Below are positions 26,674-32,888 of a DNA stretch of 64,000 nt, in pieces. The notes below the pieces were generated by a model. It was not told the origin of the DNA and did no database searches. It saw only the letters and a list, made by a program, of their open reading frames with translations. Numbering within the stretch: the stretch's first letter is position 1; every line of letters begins with the position of its first letter. Source of the DNA: a virus (taxonomy: Duplodnaviria > Caudoviricetes). The position numbers and the translations under genes are program-made. The DNA is taken from positions 10,054 through 74,053 of IMG/VR virus record IMGVR_UViG_2914923772_000011; one strand, 5' to 3'.

Positions 26674-26700
26674 CACGAAAAAAACACCCCCTATTATGAA
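26674..26700 (+). promoter_or_regulatory. Phage promoter-like motif copy 9 (variant)
   Basis: CAC gaaaaaa ACA ccccctatt ATG aa, directly followed by AAAGGAGG. Confidence 0.6.
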
Positions 26701-26715
26701 AGGAGGTAACGCACA

Positions 26716-26907
26716 ATGAATTATTTTCTGGCAGTTAATGATCGGCAACTTGGAACTTGCTTGAGAATGCTGTTTGCTGAAAAACTTCAACCTGCTGTCC
26801 AAACCGTGTTGAACGAAAAGGGCAAGATTGAGTTTCATATTAGCATTGCAGCAGATCAGGAAGTGTTCGAAGAGCTGAACGAACGCTACAAGATCATGAT
26901 TTCGTAA
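26716..26907 (+). CDS. 63-aa hypothetical protein (cassette gene)
   Basis: RBS; bounded by promoter motif and terminator. Confidence 0.75.
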   Translation: MNYFLAVNDRQLGTCLRMLFAEKLQPAVQTVLNEKGKIEFHISIAADQEVFEELNERYKIMIS

Positions 26908-26925
26908 GTTACTCGATTTCGAAGG

Positions 26926-26957
26926 TAAAGGGGCCGTAACAAGCCCTTTTACTTTTG
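26926..26957 (+). terminator. Intrinsic terminator with CGTAACAA loop
   Basis: TAAAGGGGC-CGTAACAA-GCCCTTTTA plus T-tract. Confidence 0.7.
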
Positions 26958-27112
26958 TTATATTTGTGGTAACATACTGTAAGGAGGTCATCAAATGAGA
27001 ATTATTCGAGACATATTTTGGATATTGTTGATTATTACTGTGCCGGTAGCAATCTTTGATAAATTCTTTAGACCTTATTGCATGACCGTTATCGAAAGGA
27101 TGTGTAACAAGG

Positions 27113-27310
27113 ATGAAAGTTAAATCCAGAATGTCCTGTCCGGTTCGAAGAAAAGACGGCACATGGACAACTGTTATCAAAGAATTTGAAGAAGATATTC
27201 CGGATCTCGGACGAGAAGAGCTTATCTGCAACAAATGCGGACGCCCTGATTATCCGAAATGCAAGGAAACGGTTTGTGAAGCCTGGAAATACCACAAATC
27301 AAAAAAATAA
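27113..27310 (+). CDS. Small Cys-containing hypothetical protein
   Basis: CNKC..CKETVC. Confidence 0.6.
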   Translation: MKVKSRMSCPVRRKDGTWTTVIKEFEEDIPDLGREELICNKCGRPDYPKCKETVCEAWKYHKSKK

Positions 27311-27320
27311 CATTTTATGT

Positions 27321-27354
27321 AAGAGCTGAGGTTAAACCTTGGCTCTTATTTTTT
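27321..27354 (+). terminator. Intrinsic terminator (TTAAA loop)
   Basis: AAGAGC.GAGG-TTAAA-CCTT.GCTCTT plus T-tract. Confidence 0.65.
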
Positions 27355-27510
27355 GTGTAAAGGAGAAAACAATGCTTGCCAGAGAAGCGACAAAAGCGGA
27401 TATTCAGGCTGTTTGTGACCGCCTTCGGGAAGCTAAGGAACAACGTCAGCTTGATATTCAAATAAACCAGGCTATTGCACTGGTGAATCGTAATCACAGG
27501 AGGAAAAAAT

Positions 27511-27846
27511 ATGACGCCGAACGACTATCAGCAGGCAGCTCTTCGCACTGCTCCAAAAGATTTACCGCCTGACCGGCTTCTGCTCAATGGCTTAATGGGT
27601 CTGAACGGAGAAGCCGGCGAAGCAATTGATATTTTGAAAAAGCATCTGTTTCAGGGGCACGAACTGGACACTGCACATATGGCTAAAGAGCTTGGAGATG
27701 TGGCTTGGTATCTCGCTGTAAGTGCAAACGCCATTGGGTATGACCTTGAAACCATCATGCAGATGAATGTGGATAAACTGAAAGCCAGGTATCCAGACGG
27801 TTTCGACGCTGAACACAGTCTGCATCGCGATCAGGATGATATTTAA
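27511..27846 (+). CDS. MazG-like nucleotide pyrophosphohydrolase
   Basis: GLNGEAGEAIDILKK..KELGDVAWY. Confidence 0.85.
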   Translation: MTPNDYQQAALRTAPKDLPPDRLLLNGLMGLNGEAGEAIDILKKHLFQGHELDTAHMAKELGDVAWYLAVSANAIGYDLETIMQMNVDKLKARYPDGFDAEHSLHRDQDDI

Positions 27847-27858
27847 GGAGGGTTTTCT

Positions 27859-29769
27859 ATGAATGAACAATTCGGAGAAAAGGTAAAAGCTATTTTTGAT
27901 AGCATTACCGTTCTTCAGGCAAAAGATAGCGATTTGAAACGAGATAACGCCAACATCAACGGTGACTCCCCTATGGGGGCTATGCTGCAATATGGTGCCA
28001 ATACTGCCAAGGAGTACAATTTGGAGTATTTAATTAAACCTGCAATTGCGGAACTCCACCGTGATGGTTGGATTCATATACACGATCTTGACTTCTATGC
28101 ATGGACGACGACCTGCACGCAGATTGAGCTTCGCAAGCTCTTCAAGAATGGATTCAATACCGGTCATGGTCATCTGAGAGCACCAAAAAGCATTGGCTCG
28201 TATGCTGCTCTGGCTGCTATTGCCATTCAGTCTAATCAAAATGACCAGCATGGCGGACAGAGTGTTGTGGACTTCGATTACGCAATGGCCGATGGTGTCC
28301 GTTATACCTATCAAAAGTACCTGAAAGAGGGTTACGCGATTTGCGAACGCCTCAATGACCTAAAAGACAAAGCATGGATTCTCGACTATGCTATGGAAAA
28401 GACTACTCGTGATACTTATCAGGCTATGGAGGGGTTCATTCATAATCTGAATACCATGCATTCCCGTGCCGGCGCTCAAGTTCCATTCAGCTCTATTAAC
28501 TATGGCACTGATACTTCTTGGGAAGGGCGTCTTGCTATTGAGCAGCTTCTACTTGCTACAGAAGCAGGACTCGGTCATGGCGAAACACCTATCTTCCCGA
28601 TTCAGATTTTCCGTGTCAAAGAGGGAATCAACTATAATCCCGATGACCCAAACTATGACCTGTTCAAACTGGCGATGAAGGTCAGTGCAAAGCGTCTGTT
28701 TCCTAACTTCGCTTTTATTGACGCACCTTTCAATCTCCAGTATTACAAGCCCGGTCATCCTGAAACGGAGGTTGCCTACATGGGTTGCCGTACTCGTGTA
28801 ATGGGTAATGTTTATGACCCGTCTCGTGAGATCGCTCCCGGAAGAGGTAATCTGAGTTTCACTTCTATCAATCTTCCGAGGCTTGCTATTGTGGTTGATG
28901 GCGATATTCCTCAGTTTTTCAAACTGCTTGACGGAATGCTCGACAAAACCATGCAGCAGCTTCTCGATCGATATGAGATTCAAGCGTCAAGAGTAGTTAG
29001 AAACTTTCCGTTCCTCATGGGAGAAGGCGTATGGATGGACTCTGACAAGCTTGGGCCGGATGACGAAGTTGGAGAGGTATTGAAACACGGAACCCTCTCT
29101 ATTGGTTTCTGTGGGCTTGCAGAGTGTCTTGTGGCTTTGACAGGGCATCATCATGGTGAAGATGAAGCATCCCAGGAACTCGGCTTACGCATTGTCGGTT
29201 ATATTCGGAACTATTGTGATGAGAAAAGCAAGCAGTTTGGTATGAATGTAACCTGTCTTGCTACTCCTGCTGAAAGCTTAGCCGGACGCTTACTTAGAGC
29301 TGACCGAAAAGAATTTGGTATTATTAAGGGAGTTACCGATCGTGACTACTACACCAACAGTTTTCATGTTCCGGTCTATTATCATCTCCCGGCTCTTAAG
29401 AAGATCGACATTGAAGCTCCATACCATGCTCTTACCAATGCCGGTCATATTTCCTATGTAGAACTGGACGGTGATCCGACCAAAAACCTGGCTGCTTTTG
29501 AGCGTGTTGTAAGACACATGAAAGAAGCTGGTATTGGTTACGGAAGCATCAATCATCCTGTAGACCGAGATCCTGTCTGCGGTTATAACGGAATTATCAA
29601 TGATACATGCCCCTGCTGCGGACGGAGCGAAGCCGATGGAGTTCCGTTCGAACGCATTCGTCGTATCACTGGATATTTGGTCGGAACTCTTGATAAGTGG
29701 AATGACGCTAAGCGTGCGGAGGAGCGAGATCGTGTCAAGCATGAAGTTGATTCGAATTTCGGGGATTGA
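27859..29769 (+). CDS. nrdD: Anaerobic (class III) ribonucleoside-triphosphate reductase
   Basis: HIHDLD, MGCRT, GNLSFTSINLPR, ATPAES, YYTNSFHV, CxxC pairs, RRITGYL glycyl-radical motif. Confidence 0.95.
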   Translation: MNEQFGEKVKAIFDSITVLQAKDSDLKRDNANINGDSPMGAMLQYGANTAKEYNLEYLIKPAIAELHRDGWIHIHDLDFYAWTTTCTQIELRKLFKNGFNTGHGHLRAPKSIGSYAALAAIAIQSNQNDQHGGQSVVDFDYAMADGVRYTYQKYLKEGYAICERLNDLKDKAWILDYAMEKTTRDTYQAMEGFIHNLNTMHSRAGAQVPFSSINYGTDTSWEGRLAIEQLLLATEAGLGHGETPIFPIQIFRVKEGINYNPDDPNYDLFKLAMKVSAKRLFPNFAFIDAPFNLQYYKPGHPETEVAYMGCRTRVMGNVYDPSREIAPGRGNLSFTSINLPRLAIVVDGDIPQFFKLLDGMLDKTMQQLLDRYEIQASRVVRNFPFLMGEGVWMDSDKLGPDDEVGEVLKHGTLSIGFCGLAECLVALTGHHHGEDEASQELGLRIVGYIRNYCDEKSKQFGMNVTCLATPAESLAGRLLRADRKEFGIIKGVTDRDYYTNSFHVPVYYHLPALKKIDIEAPYHALTNAGHISYVELDGDPTKNLAAFERVVRHMKEAGIGYGSINHPVDRDPVCGYNGIINDTCPCCGRSEADGVPFERIRRITGYLVGTLDKWNDAKRAEERDRVKHEVDSNFGD

Positions 29770-30232
29770 ACCGGAATCCATTGTTGACGGGGAAGGAATC
29801 CGGTATGTGATATTCGCACAGGGTTGTCCGCATCATTGCCCCGGCTGCCACAATCCTCAAACTCACCCGTTCGGTGGGGGAAAACTCGTGTCGATCGAAG
29901 ATATACTCGATGATATTTCAAAAAGAAAAAATTGGATAGACGGCATCACCATTTCCGGAGGCGAGCCGTTCTGTCAGATTTACCAGTGTGCTCTGATCGC
30001 TGAAAAAGCTCATCAAATGGGGCTCAGCGTTTGGTGCTACACTGGTTATCTTTTTGAAGACTTGTACAAGCAAGGCATCGAGCTTCTTAAACATATTGAT
30101 GTACTCGTTGACGGCCCGTTCGTACAGGCTGAAAAATCGTTGGAGCTTGATTTCAGAGGAAGCCGTAACCAGCGAGTAATTGATATCCCGGAAAGCTTGA
30201 AAGAAGGCGTAGCAATCTTGAAACAAACTTAG
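29741..30232 (+). CDS. nrdG: Anaerobic RNR activating radical SAM protein
   Basis: GCPHHCPGCHN CxxxCxxC; SGGEP; GSRNQRVID. Confidence 0.95.
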   Translation: MKLIRISGIEPESIVDGEGIRYVIFAQGCPHHCPGCHNPQTHPFGGGKLVSIEDILDDISKRKNWIDGITISGGEPFCQIYQCALIAEKAHQMGLSVWCYTGYLFEDLYKQGIELLKHIDVLVDGPFVQAEKSLELDFRGSRNQRVIDIPESLKEGVAILKQT

Positions 30233-30252
30233 AAGAAAGGAGTACCTGCATC

Positions 30253-30459
30253 ATGGCGAACACTACTAATCCTCGACGAAATGCCGAAGGATATTCTGAC
30301 CCGACCGCTTACGAAGCCCTTAAGAACATTGAGCGTGAAGAAGACGAAAGATTTCATAGGCTGCTGCATACACTGTTTTACTTGTGTGAATTGGCTGACT
30401 TCGAGATCGAAGGTCGGATTATTCTGGTTGATAAACGGAACGGACGGGTTTGGAGATAA
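30253..30459 (+). CDS. Small hypothetical protein
   Basis: GAAAGGAG RBS. Confidence 0.7.
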   Translation: MANTTNPRRNAEGYSDPTAYEALKNIEREEDERFHRLLHTLFYLCELADFEIEGRIILVDKRNGRVWR

Positions 30460-30489
30460 GAGAAATGAGTCCGTATATACTTGAAAATT

Positions 30490-30830
30490 GTGTGAATTTT
30501 AGCCCGGTTTTGTTTGGCGGATTCGGGCAAAAGCCCACTTTTGAAAAATTTTTGAGCGTGTACGGACAATTTTCTTGAAAAAAGCCCAGAAAAAGTGGGC
30601 AAAAGCCCGGTTTTGAAAACCAAAAGTGGGCAGAAAAATTCGGAGGCATTTTCTGAAAATGGCACTTTTTAGGCGTTTTTTGCCCCAAAATGGCCGATTT
30701 GCGCCGATTTGAAATTTTTTTTGTGAAAAAAAGCCCACTTTCCCACTTTTATTTCTTATTTAATTGCGATAAAAAGTTTTAATAAATATATAAATAGGGC
30801 GAGAAAAGTGGGCATTTGGCCAAAAGCCAA
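30490..30830. other. Probable phage replication origin: six (G)CCCACTTT/AAAGTGGG(C) repeats in both orientations plus an AT-rich tract
   Basis: Copies near 30533, 30591, 30622, 30733, 30742, 30804; AT-rich 30750-30796; no credible ORF. Confidence 0.55.
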
Positions 30831-30900
30831 AATACATAGCACAAGTCGATGGAAATGTCAAGACTTTTTGCCGAAAGTTCTTCCTTTTTCTTTCAAGCTG

Positions 30901-30909
30901 TGCTATACT
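30901..30909 (+). promoter_or_regulatory. Extended -10 promoter TGcTATACT
   Basis: TGn-TATACT about 6 nt upstream of the structured RNA. Confidence 0.55.
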
Positions 30910-30915
30910 ATAAGA

Positions 30916-31085
30916 GCCACACAATCTAATATGTTCAAGTCGTTTAGGGAAAACTGCTTTGGTAAAAAGTGTTTTCTCTCTTTACTCATTTCATTTGTCC
31001 CTTTGCGGCTTGATTGAGATTGTGTGGCAACAATGAGGGTTGACACTTTTTCGGTGCGTCTCTCGTTGTGGGGGCGCACTTTTTT
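30916..31085 (+). ncRNA. About 170-nt structured RNA / attenuator leader ending in an intrinsic terminator
   Basis: 12-bp stem 30916-27/31017-28, further stems 30935-42/31006-13 and 30946-50/30998-31002; terminator 31054-31085. Confidence 0.6.
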
Positions 31086-31114
31086 AATGCCCTCGGAAAG
31101 GATGGGATAATGAG

Positions 31115-31885
31115 ATGAGAAAGTTCTTGGCAGCGTGCATGGCGATTGTCATGATATTTACGATTGCAGGTTGCAGTTCAGAGGGGCATGAAGGAGAAGC
31201 TAAAACTCCATCGGGTTCCAGTATTCAAAAAGGCAAGGATTATCAAAAAGTAGTTGACGAATTTGAAAGTAGTGGTTTCACAAACATCAAACTTGAAAAA
31301 CTTGACGACCTTGTTACTGGTTGGCTTACAAAAGACGGTGAGGTTGAATCTGTTTCCGTGGATGGCGATACTGGATACTCTGCTGATGCTTGGTATCCGG
31401 CTGATGTCGAGGTTATAATCACATATCACACATTCCCGGAAAAAGAAACTTCTAAAACAGATAGCGAATCCGTTTCAACCGAAGAGCCTGCCGTTGATAT
31501 TTTGACAGTAGATAATTCTCCAGAATTGGCAGCAATACTTTCTCTTAAAGCAGATATGGATCAATCGTATGCCGATTTTGCAGAGGCTCATAAGAACCAG
31601 GTTATTGAGTTTAATGGCTGCATTACATATCTTACAAACCACGATAACTACGACACTCGATATGATTTGCTAATCAGTGCAGGAGACTATGTGGATGAAA
31701 ATACTGCAAACCCTGGTCCAACTTTTAAGTTTAAGGATGTTGGGGTATATGATTTAGGAGACGGGTTTACGCTTGCTGATTATATCAAAGTCGGCAGCAA
31801 TGTAAAAATACAGGCTAAAGTGCGGAGCTACAATTCTGATACAGGTCTCTTTGAACTTGATCCAGTAAGTGTAGAAGCTCGATAA
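31115..31885 (+). CDS. Lipoprotein moron (PASTA-like plus DUF4839-like OB domain); candidate lysogenic conversion or superinfection exclusion factor
   Basis: Signal peptide with IAGC lipobox; own upstream promoter and downstream terminator. Confidence 0.7.
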   Translation: MRKFLAACMAIVMIFTIAGCSSEGHEGEAKTPSGSSIQKGKDYQKVVDEFESSGFTNIKLEKLDDLVTGWLTKDGEVESVSVDGDTGYSADAWYPADVEVIITYHTFPEKETSKTDSESVSTEEPAVDILTVDNSPELAAILSLKADMDQSYADFAEAHKNQVIEFNGCITYLTNHDNYDTRYDLLISAGDYVDENTANPGPTFKFKDVGVYDLGDGFTLADYIKVGSNVKIQAKVRSYNSDTGLFELDPVSVEAR

Positions 31886-31902
31886 CAAACAACTTTATAT
31901 TT

Positions 31903-31939
31903 GACCGAGATGCTTAAACGGTGTCTCGGTCTTTTTTTT
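31903..31939 (+). terminator. Intrinsic terminator
   Basis: GACCGAGATGC/GTGTCTCGGTC plus T8. Confidence 0.85.
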
Positions 31940-31955
31940 ATGTCTTTTTCCGCCG

Positions 31956-31982
31956 CGCGAAAAATACATTCTCTTTTATGAA
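31956..31982 (+). promoter_or_regulatory. Phage promoter-like motif copy 10, heading the operon that contains the RNA polymerase
   Basis: CGC gaaaaat ACA ttctctttt ATG aa. Confidence 0.7.
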
Positions 31983-32065
31983 GAGAGGAGTAAAAAAGCT
32001 ATTTTTAAGAATAGACATTCTCTTTTCAGTTTTGAAAAACTACATGAAAGGAGGCTCATTTGCTA

Positions 32066-32356
32066 ATGCTCGAAAGTCAATTTCAAGCGAAGCTCATTAA
32101 GGAGCTCAAGAAACTTTTTCCAGGTTGCATCGTGATGAAAAGCGACTCTGGATATTTGCAAGGCATTCCCGATCTGCTTATTTTGTTCAATGACAAATGG
32201 GCTGCTCTGGAATGTAAACAACACGCTGGTGCAAAAAAGCAACCAAACCAAGAATATTATGTGGGTAAAATGGATGAGATGTCTTTCTCCAGATTCATTT
32301 GTCCCGAGAACAAGGAGGAAGTGCTGCATGATCTTCAACAATCATTCCAATCTTGA
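32066..32356 (+). CDS. VRR-NUC domain nuclease (resolvase-like)
   Basis: GIPDLLIL..ALECK..QPNQ PD-(D/E)xK pattern. Confidence 0.8.
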   Translation: MLESQFQAKLIKELKKLFPGCIVMKSDSGYLQGIPDLLILFNDKWAALECKQHAGAKKQPNQEYYVGKMDEMSFSRFICPENKEEVLHDLQQSFQS

Positions 32357-32885
32357 AGGGCAACACGCTTTTCTTGGTGCCAGCAAGTATCATTGGATTA
32401 ACTATGACGAAACAAAAGTAGCTGATGCTTATTCAAAGTTTTTGGCCACACAGCGAGGGACCGTTCTACATGACTTTGCATGTCAATGTATCACTTTGGG
32501 GCAAAAACTCCCCAAGTCACAGAAAACATTGAACATGTATGTCAATGACGCAATTAGTTTTCGTATGGTGCCTGAACAGATTCTGTTCTATTCAGAAAAT
32601 TGCTTTGGCACCGCCGATACGATTGTATTTCGGAATGGTACGCTTCGTATTCACGATTTGAAGACCGGTGTCGTTCCGGCGCACATGGAGCAGCTTGAAA
32701 TATACGCTGCTCTTTTTTGTTTGGAATACAAGGTGAAACCATCGGAAATCGAGATGGAACTTCGTCTGTATCAGAACAACGAAATTCTGTATCACACACC
32801 TACTGCCGAAGATATTGTTCCAATCATGGACAAGATTATTACTTTTGACAAGGTTATTAGAAAAATCAGAGAACAGGAGGGTTAA
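32328..32885 (+). CDS. Cas4-like / DUF2800-like PD-(D/E)xK exonuclease
   Basis: HAFLGAS, FGTAD, IHDLKTG, QLEIYAAL. Confidence 0.75.
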   Translation: MIFNNHSNLEGQHAFLGASKYHWINYDETKVADAYSKFLATQRGTVLHDFACQCITLGQKLPKSQKTLNMYVNDAISFRMVPEQILFYSENCFGTADTIVFRNGTLRIHDLKTGVVPAHMEQLEIYAALFCLEYKVKPSEIEMELRLYQNNEILYHTPTAEDIVPIMDKIITFDKVIRKIREQEG

Positions 32886-32888
32886 ACC

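Noticed and set aside
6450-31982. The ATG in the repeated motif as a start codon
   Set aside because: No RBS upstream of it, frames are short or absent (e.g. MEPY-stop at 7105), one copy is GTG, and real RBS/start pairs lie downstream
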